Numbered from the stretch's first letter, positions 1 to 9,282 are shown. The stretch is 47,570 bases of DNA from an uncultured Bacilli bacterium (GCA_947588975.1 CANQAF010000001.1:1-47570), one strand, 5' to 3'. The notes: generated by a model from the letters alone, not told the origin. A program made the numbers and translations.

Positions 1-698
1 GTTTCTGGATTATCAGGATTTGTTGGATCTGTTGGATTATTTTCTCCCTCTTTTGGAGGACAAGTATTTAAATTCAAACTAGATATGAATCTTTGATATG
101 TTCCAGATGAAGTCAATGATTCATATGTATATAGTTGGCCAGAGTATGGTTGGGTATTATTCCATGCATCCCTTAATTGTTGTAGTATTTTATTACGTAT
201 TTCATCTGGAATTGTTGAATTGGCATAATAACTACCTACAATAGCACCTGTAATATTTCCTATGTTATCATTGCTAGGTGCAATACCTTCTTGAGATAAC
301 CAAACGACTACTTGAGCTAAGAAGTATTTTAACATTCTTAAATCATCATTAAAATTAGATAAATTTCCTCCATATGCAGAATTCGCAAGAGCATATGCTT
401 TTCTAATAGCAGGCGTCGCATTTTCTACTCTTGTTGTCGAGCGAATATAAGTAGTTCCCGCTCTAAGTCCTCTATCTAAGCATAATGCCACCCTTGAAAC
501 ACCATTCCCACTTAATTGTGCCACATAAATGGTACCTGTACGGTTCAAGATAGGCACTGTTATTTGATAGCCACGGCTTCCACTAAAGCTTTTTTCCGTC
601 AAAGTAGCCTCACAACTATTCGCACCTTTAATATTTGTCATTGGAATTACTAATCCAATACATAAAATTGTAATAAATGTTAAAACTTTCTTCATCAT
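1..698 (-). CDS. Secreted protein, N-terminal 232 codons only (3' end lies beyond the window start); candidate internal-thioester (TED-like) adhesin domain
   Basis: Absent from the ORF track because no stop lies in the window. My own reverse-complement translation starts at ATG 698-696 (second ATG 695-693), with SD GGGGGG at 702-707. It reads MMKKVLTFITILCIGLVIPMTNIKGANSCEATLTEKSF...RVALCLDRGLRAG...LKYFLAQVVVWLSQEG...GTYQRFISSLNLNTCPPKEGENNPTDPTNPDNPE and stays open to position 3. Signal peptide at the N-terminus; Pro/Asn/Thr-rich linker at the truncated end. Confidence 0.7.
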   Translation of the reverse strand, partial: MMKKVLTFITILCIGLVIPMTNIKGANSCEATLTEKSFSGSRGYQITVPILNRTGTIYVAQLSGNGVSRVALCLDRGLRAGTTYIRSTTRVENATPAIRKAYALANSAYGGNLSNFNDDLRMLKYFLAQVVVWLSQEGIAPSNDNIGNITGAIVGSYYANSTIPDEIRNKILQQLRDAWNNTQPYSGQLYTYESLTSSGTYQRFISSLNLNTCPPKEGENNPTDPTNPDNPE

Positions 699-706
699 AT
701 ACCCCC

Positions 707-1351
707 CTAAAATAGGTCGTTTTTCTTATTATAACGGTAAATAATAGTAATACCTACAATAATAAATAGTGGCAATACAATATAATAATATTTTAAATAA
801 AGTTCAATTGCATAATCGTAAAAGCTTTTGGTTGTTGTTTTTGTATTTATGGTAGGTTCTTCTACCGCTGGTTTTTTTAATTGTTCTACTTTTTGTTTAA
901 ACTCTTCATAAGGCATCGTAATTTGTGTCCATTTCTGACACAAAGCAAATTTTTCCGCACCTACACAAACTTCATCTTGATAATATGGATTATAAGGTGG
1001 CGTATTTACGTAATGTGAATATAAAACTTCTTGTCGACAATAAACATCACTTGTATAAATATCAAAACGGTAGCTTGTATTAGGATTCAAGTTTGTAATC
1101 GTTAACTCATTTCCTTGATAAGGATATGTTGTACCATTTTTGATATCATTTACAATTAGTCCTTCATATATATTAGATAGTGTAATTTGAAATGTAACTG
1201 TTCCATTTTGCTCTGTATATGTATAATTGGTCGTTATATTACTTGCAAGTGTTTGATAATTGACTCTTTGCTCATTTGAACAAACTAGAGCACTTGCTCG
1301 TAACGGAAACAACACATATAACAACATGAAAAAGACTAAATGACGTTTCAT
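707..1351 (-). CDS. Exported, C-terminally membrane-anchored protein with an FN3-like beta-sandwich segment; function unknown
   Basis: 214-aa ORF. N-terminal signal peptide (MKRHLVFFMLLYVLFPLRASA). FN3-like stretch NELTITNLNPNTSYRFDIYTS. Cys pair CVGAEKFALC. Thr/Pro linker, then a C-terminal TM helix (YYYIVLPLFIIVGITIIY) and a basic tail. Lies 8 nt upstream of the next gene in the same orientation. Confidence 0.7.
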   Translation of the reverse strand: MKRHLVFFMLLYVLFPLRASALVCSNEQRVNYQTLASNITTNYTYTEQNGTVTFQITLSNIYEGLIVNDIKNGTTYPYQGNELTITNLNPNTSYRFDIYTSDVYCRQEVLYSHYVNTPPYNPYYQDEVCVGAEKFALCQKWTQITMPYEEFKQKVEQLKKPAVEEPTINTKTTTKSFYDYAIELYLKYYYIVLPLFIIVGITIIYRYNKKNDLF

Positions 1352-1422
1352 CTTATCTATCCTTTCTTTCTTATTATACCATGAAAACCCTATTCTACAA
1401 GTTATTTTCTACTTTTTTGACA

Positions 1423-3018
1423 TTATTTTACAATAAACTCATATACAAACTCCCTAAATGTGAAGCGAATTTTAATCTTCGTAGCAATTTCTAATTCTTT
1501 AGGTACTTCAATATAATATACATTGTCTGTGCTTGGTTTTGTTGGTTTTACTAATTTAAAGTTGGAAGAAATGACTTTTTCTTCTCCATTTATTTCGTAA
1601 ATAATAGAGCCAAAATCTCTCAATATACTATATAAATCTGATAATGGGAGAAGTGATGCTTCATCTAACATGAATTTCCCTGTTAACTTTAACAGTGTTT
1701 TATCAAAATTTCCACTAATACTAGGTTGAATATATTCCATTCCAGTAAAGCAATTATCTCCGGAAATACAATATGTATAAAAATTTGTAAATGTATTTTG
1801 AATCTCGTACAAATCAATTTTTAATCTACTGTTTTTTAAAACTGTTTTATCAAAGGATAATTCATTCATCATATTTGTAGAAGCAATTAATGTTTTTTTG
1901 GTATCATCAACTGGTGTGATTTGAATACCAATAGTCTGATCATTTGTATCATAGTAATTTAAAACAATTTTGTCAAGTTTCACGTCTTTTGATATCTCAT
2001 AAGTTAATGTATATAATTGAAAATTAGTTGTTAGATATTGATAATGATAAGGAGCGCCTAAATCATATAATTCATCTTTATAAGTATCTACAGCATGCAA
2101 CGTTTTTCCATTTATAGTTAATGTAAAACGTTCTGGTTTAAATTGCTTTTTATTAACAGCAGTTATGTTTCTTACTTCATATTGAATGACTAATAATTTT
2201 TTATCTTCAGTTATGGTATTATTATGATAATCTGTATTGGTAATATAACTTTTTTTAATATTTAACATAAATTCTGTGGTTTTAAATGGTTCATTTTCGC
2301 TATGCAATTTATGATATACACCAACATTCAAATATATGACTCCACAAACCAATGCAATACACAATAAGACGATTATATTAATGATAAATTTATTTTCTAT
2401 ATATATATATTTGATATGACGTAATTTTTTACGGATAGTTCGTTTTAATTGATCTGTATCTAATTCCACATCAACCTCAAATTCTTCACTATCCTCAGCT
2501 GTAATTTTTAAATCAGCCACATCTTGGTCAAAATCAAATTTTTTGATATCAAATCCAGTTGCACGAATAGCTACTGCAATTAAGCTTAATGACTGAAGGA
2601 TTAACGCAAATAAACTGAAATCCTGAATCAATTTCAATGTTCGAATATCAAGTAGCCCAATTTCCAATGTTTTAATATTACTATAAGCGAAGACAAATAC
2701 AAATGTTACGAACCCATATACTAAAACATTGAATATATAAAATTGAATTGGTTTTTTCTTATAGCTCATTAAACATAATATAATAAATGTAAGTACTAAT
2801 ATAGCTACTATTATCACTAACATCATAGGTGTAAACAAAGAAGAAATGGTATCTGCACCAATCGTTGACATATTAGAATTCATATATTCACCAATGAAGC
2901 GAAATATACTATTTGTTTTTAGTAACAAATAGACGATCATCACTGTTAATGTGAGATGAATCATTTTAAAATATTTAATCAAAAATGCAAATGGTCTTCT
3001 AAATAACATAGCCCACAC
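1423..3018 (-). CDS. Polytopic membrane protein with a large beta-rich extracytoplasmic C-terminal region; function unknown
   Basis: 531-aa ORF. About five N-terminal TM helices, an acidic linker (DLKITAEDSEEFEVDVELDTD), one further TM (FIINIIVLLCIALVCGVIYL), then about 300 aa rich in beta-strand-like alternation. First gene of the apparent 3018-to-1 operon. Confidence 0.7.
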   Translation of the reverse strand: MWAMLFRRPFAFLIKYFKMIHLTLTVMIVYLLLKTNSIFRFIGEYMNSNMSTIGADTISSLFTPMMLVIIVAILVLTFIILCLMSYKKKPIQFYIFNVLVYGFVTFVFVFAYSNIKTLEIGLLDIRTLKLIQDFSLFALILQSLSLIAVAIRATGFDIKKFDFDQDVADLKITAEDSEEFEVDVELDTDQLKRTIRKKLRHIKYIYIENKFIINIIVLLCIALVCGVIYLNVGVYHKLHSENEPFKTTEFMLNIKKSYITNTDYHNNTITEDKKLLVIQYEVRNITAVNKKQFKPERFTLTINGKTLHAVDTYKDELYDLGAPYHYQYLTTNFQLYTLTYEISKDVKLDKIVLNYYDTNDQTIGIQITPVDDTKKTLIASTNMMNELSFDKTVLKNSRLKIDLYEIQNTFTNFYTYCISGDNCFTGMEYIQPSISGNFDKTLLKLTGKFMLDEASLLPLSDLYSILRDFGSIIYEINGEEKVISSNFKLVKPTKPSTDNVYYIEVPKELEIATKIKIRFTFREFVYEFIVK

Positions 3019-3181
3019 CCTATTCTAATATTTATAGTATATCGCAAAATATACAAAAAAAAAAGACATCTTTTATAGGAAAATGAAAAAATTAGAATTC
3101 AATACCTAATTTTATTGTGATCTGTATCTATAAAATAATACCTAAAATCTTTATAATAGATATAGCAATTCAATAAACATG

Positions 3182-3207
3182 AAAAAAGCATCTTTCTTGA
3201 TGCTTTT
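3182..3207 (-). terminator. Intrinsic terminator after the CapA-family gene
   Basis: Minus-sense AAAAGCATC-aagaaa-GATGCTTTT followed by a U-run; overlaps the stop codon at 3207-3209. Confidence 0.6.
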
Positions 3208-4322
3208 CATGGTATATAATTAAAATTGGTACTTGCGTCTAATACCTTCTTAAGAATTTTTTCTTTCTCTTCTCCTTCTAAAACCGTTGGCTGGTAATCA
3301 TTACGATTGGTTACAGAAGAAAGTGATACTGGTATAATATTCACGGTTGTATCTATGATTGTATCATCTTTATAACAGAATGTAATTTGAAAAATCATAG
3401 TATCTTTATCACTTGGATTTTTATTTCCTCCAAATACGAAATTACCAAGCGAATATACAATATATTTACCATTATATTCTTCAATTCCCTGCAGTACATG
3501 AGGATGATGTCCTAACACTAAATCAGCGCCACAATCAATCGCATATCTTGCAATATTTTCTTGTGTACTATTTTGATTATATACTCTTTCTTGCCCCCAG
3601 TGAAAACTGAAAATTTCCAAATCCGTTCCTTGTTCATTAAAATATGACATAGCATCATCAATATTTTGGCAAGCTGTCTTTTCATTCCAACCTTGAATTC
3701 CACATAATCCAATTTTGATTCCTTTAAGTTCTATAACACTATAAATACCGTTTCCAAAATAAGATAAAGATGTTGTTTCTAACGCATCTAAAGTATCCTG
3801 GTATCCTTCTTGTAAATAATCCATCGTATGGTTATTGGCAAGATTAACAGCTTCCACACTACCACTGGTTAAAATATTTGTATAATCACTAGGCCCTTTG
3901 AATGTAAATTTTTTATCTGCACGTGTAGTACAATCTGTAAATGTTGTCTCTAAATTAGCGATTGTTAAATCATCATTACTTAATATGTCATAAACTCCTC
4001 TAAAAAAATAACTATAGTCATTGTTTTGCGCATTTAATTCATATGGTAATGAATTGGTATAGCTGCTTCGATCATCCCAACCCAATGTACAATCTCCAAC
4101 TGCACTAATAGTTAACGTTGTTTCCTGTTTCATCGGTGGTATTTCAATATGAACATTATTTTTCCAAGATAATATGTTGTTTAAGATATCTTGAATTAAA
4201 TTTTCTTGTAATACATGACAACTTGTATTTTGTGATGTTTCCTGTTGTGTTGCTGTAGAAGCGGCAGTATTTGAAATAGCTAGTCCCATGCTTACCAAAT
4301 AAGCTAATATACGTTGTTTCAT
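3207..4322 (-). CDS. CapA/PgsA-family (PGA_cap) metallophosphoesterase-like exported protein
   Basis: Motifs GDCTLGWDD, ANLETTFT, NLANNHTMDY, HWGQE, GHHPHVLQG and YSLGNFVFG. Signal peptide MKQRILAYLVSMGLAIS. Start moved to ATG 4322 (MKQRIL), which follows SD GGGGGA; the ORF-track start at 4346 has no SD. Confidence 0.8.
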   Translation of the reverse strand: MKQRILAYLVSMGLAISNTAASTATQQETSQNTSCHVLQENLIQDILNNILSWKNNVHIEIPPMKQETTLTISAVGDCTLGWDDRSSYTNSLPYELNAQNNDYSYFFRGVYDILSNDDLTIANLETTFTDCTTRADKKFTFKGPSDYTNILTSGSVEAVNLANNHTMDYLQEGYQDTLDALETTSLSYFGNGIYSVIELKGIKIGLCGIQGWNEKTACQNIDDAMSYFNEQGTDLEIFSFHWGQERVYNQNSTQENIARYAIDCGADLVLGHHPHVLQGIEEYNGKYIVYSLGNFVFGGNKNPSDKDTMIFQITFCYKDDTIIDTTVNIIPVSLSSVTNRNDYQPTVLEGEEKEKILKKVLDASTNFNYIP

Positions 4323-4391
4323 TATAATTCCCCCTAATTGGCTCACTATTATAACACTAATTTTTTCAATTGTAAAATCAAAACAATACCA

Positions 4392-5231
4392 TTATTTGGT
4401 ATTGTTTTGATCATAATCTTCTAAAAAGTTTTTATAGACCCCATTTTTCTTTCTTCCCAGAATACAATTTAAATTTACATTATCAAGTGCTTTAAAAATA
4501 TTATAATCAACCGATGGATTTACCTTTTTTAAATTTTGAATGAGTTGTTTTATTTCTTGACGTTTACTTATCTCTCCGTGACCACTAGAAGTATTTTCGG
4601 TAAATCGACATGCACAATTTAAGAATGTTAATTCATTTGCTTTTTGCCAAGCAATAATATCTGATTCTTTCACTAAATATAAAGGGCGAATTAATTCTAA
4701 ACCTTCAAAATGTTCACTATGCAATTTAGGCATCATAGTCTTAATTTCTGAACCATAAAACATAGATAATAAAGTAGTTTCAATCACATCATCAAAATGA
4801 TGTCCTAAAGCTATTTTATTACACCCTAATTCTTTTGCCTTATGGTATAAATATCCTCTACGCATTTTCGCACATAAATAACATGCACTTTTCAAATCAA
4901 TGTTTGAAACTGATTCAAAAATACTACTTTCAAACATTTGAATTGGTATATTTAATATTGTTGCATTTTCGAGTATCAAGTTTTTATTTTTTTCATTGTA
5001 TCCTGGATTCATGACCACATAACATGCTTCGAAAGGAACTTTTCCATGTTTCACTAATTCTTGAATACATTTTGCAAGCAAAAAGGAGTCTTTCCCACCA
5101 CTAATGCAGACCATAACTTTGTCATTTTCTTGAATGAGTTCATATTCTTGTACTGCATGTACGAATTTACTCCAAATTTCTTTTCGATACTTTTTAATAA
5201 TGCTTCTTTCAATTTCTTGATACTTTTCCAT
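4392..5231 (-). CDS. TtcA-family PP-loop ATPase (tRNA 2-thiocytidine synthase-like)
   Basis: PP-loop SGGKDS. Cys clusters CYLCAKMRRG and CACRF. Size 279 aa. Confidence 0.75.
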   Translation of the reverse strand: MEKYQEIERSIIKKYRKEIWSKFVHAVQEYELIQENDKVMVCISGGKDSFLLAKCIQELVKHGKVPFEACYVVMNPGYNEKNKNLILENATILNIPIQMFESSIFESVSNIDLKSACYLCAKMRRGYLYHKAKELGCNKIALGHHFDDVIETTLLSMFYGSEIKTMMPKLHSEHFEGLELIRPLYLVKESDIIAWQKANELTFLNCACRFTENTSSGHGEISKRQEIKQLIQNLKKVNPSVDYNIFKALDNVNLNCILGRKKNGVYKNFLEDYDQNNTK

Positions 5232-5246
5232 ATAGGCTCCTTTACA

Positions 5247-5468
5247 TCATTTCATTTCTAATATTTGATAATCTAATGATTCAATTATTTCTCGCAATTT
5301 TTCATCAGCAATTGTTTCCTTTGATATTATCACAACTTCTTTGGAATTTAAATTGACTTTCACTTTTAGAACACCTTCTAATGTTTTTAATGCATTTTCT
5401 ACTTTTTTAGCGCAATGTTCACAATGCATTCCTTCTACATAAATCACTTTCTTTTCACGATGAAACAT
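5247..5468 (-). CDS. copZ: Copper chaperone CopZ (HMA domain)
   Basis: 73 aa with metal-binding GMHCEHC; sits directly downstream of copA. Confidence 0.9.
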   Translation of the reverse strand: MFHREKKVIYVEGMHCEHCAKKVENALKTLEGVLKVKVNLNSKEVVIISKETIADEKLREIIESLDYQILEMK

Positions 5469-5478
5469 AACATTCTCC

Positions 5479-7650
5479 TCACTTTCTTAAACGTAGAGCA
5501 TTCCATACCACTGTTAAGCTACTTAATGTCATTGCAAATCCCGCTAACATAGGATTCATTACAATACCATATGGTTTTAAAAATCCAATTGCCAGTGGTA
5601 GCATACATATATTATAAAAGAATGCCCAAAATAAATTTTGTTTAATATTACGAATTGTTTTTTTACTAATTAACATCAATAAAGGGATTCGATCTAAATG
5701 ATTCTGCATCAAAATAACATCTGCAGAATCAGATGCAATATCCGTTCCACTTTTCATACTGACACCAATACTAGCTACCGCTAAACTAGGAGCGTCATTG
5801 ATTCCATCTCCTATCATCATAACATGTTTCCCTTGCTTTAACAATTCTTGTATTACTTTTGTTTTCTCACTTGGAATCACATTTGCGATCACTTTAGAAA
5901 TTCCTAAAGCAGAGGCAATTCTACTAGCAGTTATTTCATGGTCTCCTGTTAACATAATCACTTCTTTATTCATTTGTATTAATTCTTTGATTGTTTGTTT
6001 TGCATCTTTTCTGACCTCATCTTTCACTCCAATCAACCCAATTACTTTGTCATTTTCAATGACATAGACAATACTATCTCCATCTTGTGCCAGTGCCTGC
6101 TCTTCCTTCAAATATAAATTCTCTAATTGCAGATAGTGAAATAGTTTCCCATTTCCAATATAGTATTCCTTTTGTTGTATGGTTCCTTTAACACCAATAC
6201 CTGCGATATTTTCAAAATGCATACATTCTAATAATTGTAAATGATGTTGTTTGGCATAAGATGTAAACGCCGAATGAATTGGATGTGTAGAATTCACTTC
6301 AATGCTACTAACTAGCTTTATCAGTTCATCATCTTTATATGCATTATAATGGTGTATTTTAGCAATCTGCAATGTTCCATAAGTAAGTGTTCCTGTTTTA
6401 TCAAAAACAATGGTGTCTACTTTATGGGCGTTTTCTAAAGTTTCACTATTTTTCACTAAAATACCTAATTTTGCACATTTACCTTCACTGATCACAATAG
6501 CTAAAGGGGTCGCTAAGCCTAAAGCACATGGGCAAGCAACGACAAGAACCGTTACAAAAGAAACAATGGCTTCTTCAAATCTTCCAAGACATATATAAGC
6601 AAGTAAAGTAAAAATGGCAATGAGCATAATACCTGGCACAAAGTATCCACTTACCTGATCGGCCACTCTTGCAATTGGTGCCTTTGTATTTGTAGCCTCA
6701 ACTACAAGTCTAACAATTTCTGATATTGTAGAATCTTTCCCAATCTTTTCTGCCTGATATTCAATCATACCATCTAAATTAATACTCCCTGCTACTACTT
6801 TATCATTTTTATGTTTTTTACTTGGCATAGATTCTCCGGTAATAAAGGCTTCTTCAAAATGACCAGAGCCCTTTGTAATCACTCCATCTACAGCAATTTT
6901 CATACCTGGCTTTGCAATTAAAATATCTCCACACTTTACTTCATCAATAGATGTTTCTCGTATTTTTTTACCCATTTTAATGTATGCTTTTTCCGGTGTA
7001 ATTTGTACTAACTCTTGAATAGCTTTTTTCGTTTTTTCCTTATTTTTCAAATCAACTGTTCGACCTAACTGAATTAAATAAAGAATCACAACACAACTTT
7101 CAAAATATAAATTTTCGACATACTCATGATGTCCTAATACAATTTGAATAAAATTCCATGTACTATATAAAAAACTAGAAAAGACACCAATTGTTACTAA
7201 AGTATCCATATTCGAATTTTTATGAATAAAATTTTTGATCCCATTTTTTAATATGCCTCTTCCATACCATAAAAATATACAAGCAAGTAAACATAACAGA
7301 GTTGTATAGAATACTGGATATCTCATCTGATCAATAGAAGGTAAGCCAATCATATGACCCATAGAAAGATATAAAGTAATTATGACAAGTATTCCATAAA
7401 GTAGTAAATGATGGTTTGTTTTTTTTACTTCTTCTTTTCCAGTATATATACCTAAGCTTTCATATCCCGCTTCTTTGACTAAATGTTCTAAATCAGAAAT
7501 CGAATATGATTCTTCATATATAATCATAGCCTGTGCAAGTACTAAATTGACGCTAGCTTCAATCCCTGGTTGTTTGTTTAAATATTTTTCTAATCCTGCT
7601 GAACAGGCACTACAACTCATTCCACCAATTTTCAATATGACTTTTTTCAT
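5479..7650 (-). CDS. copA: Copper-translocating P1B-type ATPase
   Basis: N-terminal HMA motif GMSCSACS. Transmembrane CPC (ACPCALGLATP). Phosphorylation site DKTGTLT. Also STHPI and GDGINDAP. Confidence 0.95.
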   Translation of the reverse strand: MKKVILKIGGMSCSACSAGLEKYLNKQPGIEASVNLVLAQAMIIYEESYSISDLEHLVKEAGYESLGIYTGKEEVKKTNHHLLLYGILVIITLYLSMGHMIGLPSIDQMRYPVFYTTLLCLLACIFLWYGRGILKNGIKNFIHKNSNMDTLVTIGVFSSFLYSTWNFIQIVLGHHEYVENLYFESCVVILYLIQLGRTVDLKNKEKTKKAIQELVQITPEKAYIKMGKKIRETSIDEVKCGDILIAKPGMKIAVDGVITKGSGHFEEAFITGESMPSKKHKNDKVVAGSINLDGMIEYQAEKIGKDSTISEIVRLVVEATNTKAPIARVADQVSGYFVPGIMLIAIFTLLAYICLGRFEEAIVSFVTVLVVACPCALGLATPLAIVISEGKCAKLGILVKNSETLENAHKVDTIVFDKTGTLTYGTLQIAKIHHYNAYKDDELIKLVSSIEVNSTHPIHSAFTSYAKQHHLQLLECMHFENIAGIGVKGTIQQKEYYIGNGKLFHYLQLENLYLKEEQALAQDGDSIVYVIENDKVIGLIGVKDEVRKDAKQTIKELIQMNKEVIMLTGDHEITASRIASALGISKVIANVIPSEKTKVIQELLKQGKHVMMIGDGINDAPSLAVASIGVSMKSGTDIASDSADVILMQNHLDRIPLLMLISKKTIRNIKQNLFWAFFYNICMLPLAIGFLKPYGIVMNPMLAGFAMTLSSLTVVWNALRLRK

Positions 7651-7665
7651 TGTAGTCTTCTCCTT

Positions 7666-7950
7666 TTAAACATTGATTTTTCTAATTAAATCCATTGTTT
7701 CATCAATAATATTTGGATCGTTTTTCATAATATGATCTGCTACACAAGTAGACATATGATTTTCTAATATTTCATATGCAATTGTTTTTAAAGATTTCGT
7801 AATTGCAGAAATTTGAATTAAAATATCCCCGCAATAGCGATCATCTTCTATCATTTGCTCAACTCCTCTCACTTGCCCTTCCACGACATGTAATCTAGTT
7901 GTTAAATATTTCTTTGAGGCATCAGATCGATGTGTAAGTTTTGCTTCCAT
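7666..7950 (-). CDS. csoR: CsoR-family copper-sensing transcriptional repressor
   Basis: 94 aa with core DRYCGDILIQISAITKSL and a C-terminal H...C; first gene of csoR-copA-copZ. Confidence 0.9.
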   Translation of the reverse strand: MEAKLTHRSDASKKYLTTRLHVVEGQVRGVEQMIEDDRYCGDILIQISAITKSLKTIAYEILENHMSTCVADHIMKNDPNIIDETMDLIRKINV

Positions 7951-7968
7951 TGTATCATCTCCAATTAC

Positions 7969-7997
7969 ATTATACTACCCTACAGGGGTATAGTCAA
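7969..7997 (-). promoter_or_regulatory. Sigma-A promoter of csoR-copAZ with a CsoR-type operator in the spacer
   Basis: Minus sense: TTGACT (7997-7992), 17-nt spacer ATACCCCTGTAGGGTAG, TATAAT (7974-7969). The spacer contains the GC-rich inverted repeat TACCC-N5-GGGTA typical of CsoR operators. SD GGAGAT follows. Confidence 0.75.
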
Positions 7998-8004
7998 ATA
8001 TATT

Positions 8005-8033
8005 AAAAAATGCTTATTCAGTAAGCATTTTTA
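8005..8033. terminator. Bidirectional intrinsic terminator (serves gene 8031-8879)
   Basis: AAAAATGCTTA-ttcag-TAAGCATTTTT, flanked by an A-run and a T-run. Confidence 0.7.
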
Positions 8034-8879
8034 TTTTTTTATATATTGTTTTTCCTCGTTTAAATGATCCTTTATTGTTGAAAAATCAGATAAAAATAAT
8101 TGATATTCTGGTTCTACAATAGGTCGATCTTGTAATAACTCTGTAATAGTATCTTCTTTCAATAACACGGCTTGATTGATTATGTAGCAGAAGTGATGAA
8201 ATGCCTCTAATCCCATTTGATGCTTTTGAATGGCTTCCAAAAGAGTCCCTTCAACGTGAGACGTTACTGTATATTTCAATTGATTTCCAATCCATCTCAT
8301 ATCGTTTACTTCAATCAAATTATCTATTTCTTTATCCGTCACTTGGATACTAAATGTTTGTGTTCCCTCTGACTCGAGAATATTTTTATCTTTATCACAA
8401 AATGTTAAAGTATATGAATATTGTTTATTATAATGTTTTACTATTATCGTTTCGTTGGTATTGTAGTGCTCTGTTTTACTATAAAACTCACAATATAATT
8501 TTTTATCGTCTAAACTAAATGCTATATATCCATAATCTTGACTCCAAATACGGATAAATGGAGACATGCCAAAATTCATTTCTACATGATCTATCTTTCC
8601 ATTCTCTTTTTTGAGATCAAATTTATAATCTAAAGTTTCATCTCCCAAATTTCTTTGATCTGCATAATGAATTATGTCACTTTCAATTTGTGTCACGTAG
8701 CCATAAATATTAGGTGTTCCTTTCTTTTTATGTGCTTTTTTAACTCTTTTATATTGAATATATCCTACTTGTTGCTCTTGATCATCAACAATCATCCAAC
8801 AATTAGAAATATCTGGACCAACGGCATGGTATCCAAACAACTGCATTAGCTTTTCTTCTTTTTCAATATGATATTCCAT
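8031..8879 (-). CDS. Hypothetical cytoplasmic protein (282 aa), monocistronic
   Basis: Long ORF with SD AAGGAGG, its own promoter and its own terminator. I recognise no motif. Confidence 0.7.
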   Translation of the reverse strand: MEYHIEKEEKLMQLFGYHAVGPDISNCWMIVDDQEQQVGYIQYKRVKKAHKKKGTPNIYGYVTQIESDIIHYADQRNLGDETLDYKFDLKKENGKIDHVEMNFGMSPFIRIWSQDYGYIAFSLDDKKLYCEFYSKTEHYNTNETIIVKHYNKQYSYTLTFCDKDKNILESEGTQTFSIQVTDKEIDNLIEVNDMRWIGNQLKYTVTSHVEGTLLEAIQKHQMGLEAFHHFCYIINQAVLLKEDTITELLQDRPIVEPEYQLFLSDFSTIKDHLNEEKQYIKK

Positions 8880-8901
8880 GAAAATCCTCCTTAAGTCATA
8901 T

Positions 8902-8930
8902 ATTATACTGTAACAAAAAGCTAATTACAA
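8902..8930 (-). promoter_or_regulatory. Sigma-A promoter for gene 8031-8879
   Basis: Minus sense: TTGTAA (8930-8925), 17 nt, TATAAT (8907-8902), then AAGGAGG and ATG. Confidence 0.6.
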
Positions 8931-8934
8931 GAAT

Positions 8935-9264
8935 TCATCCTAGTTTATCACCATTTTTTACCATAAAATCTGGCGTGATTAAAACAACTCCACCTTCGCT
9001 ATAAGTACCCAATACCAAAACTTCAGACATAAAGTTTGCAATTTGTCTTGGAGGAAAATTAACAACTGCAAGAATTTGTTTCCCAATTAAATCTTCTATT
9101 TGATAATAATCTTTAATTTGAGCGGACGACTTTTTAATTCCAATGCCATTACCAAAATCAATTTCTAATTGATATGCCGGTTTTTTTGCACCTTCAAATA
9201 CTCTTGCGTGAATAATAGTACCAACACGAATATCTAATTTCATAAAATCTTCTATATCTGCCAT
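8935..9264 (-). CDS. csaA: CsaA/YgjH-like tRNA-binding (EMAP/OB-fold) domain protein
   Basis: 109 aa with FMKLDIRVGTI...AYQLEIDFG...SSAQI...VVNFPPRQIANFMSEVLVLG, typical of the stand-alone tRNA-binding domain family. Confidence 0.75.
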   Translation of the reverse strand: MADIEDFMKLDIRVGTIIHARVFEGAKKPAYQLEIDFGNGIGIKKSSAQIKDYYQIEDLIGKQILAVVNFPPRQIANFMSEVLVLGTYSEGGVVLITPDFMVKNGDKLG

Positions 9265-9282
9265 AACATACTCCTATCTATA

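Noticed and set aside
702-707. C6 run between genes 707-1351 and 1-698 as another homopolymer switch
   Set aside because: It is only 6 nt. In gene sense it is simply the GGGGGG Shine-Dalgarno sequence of the downstream gene and overlaps the stop codon of the upstream one.
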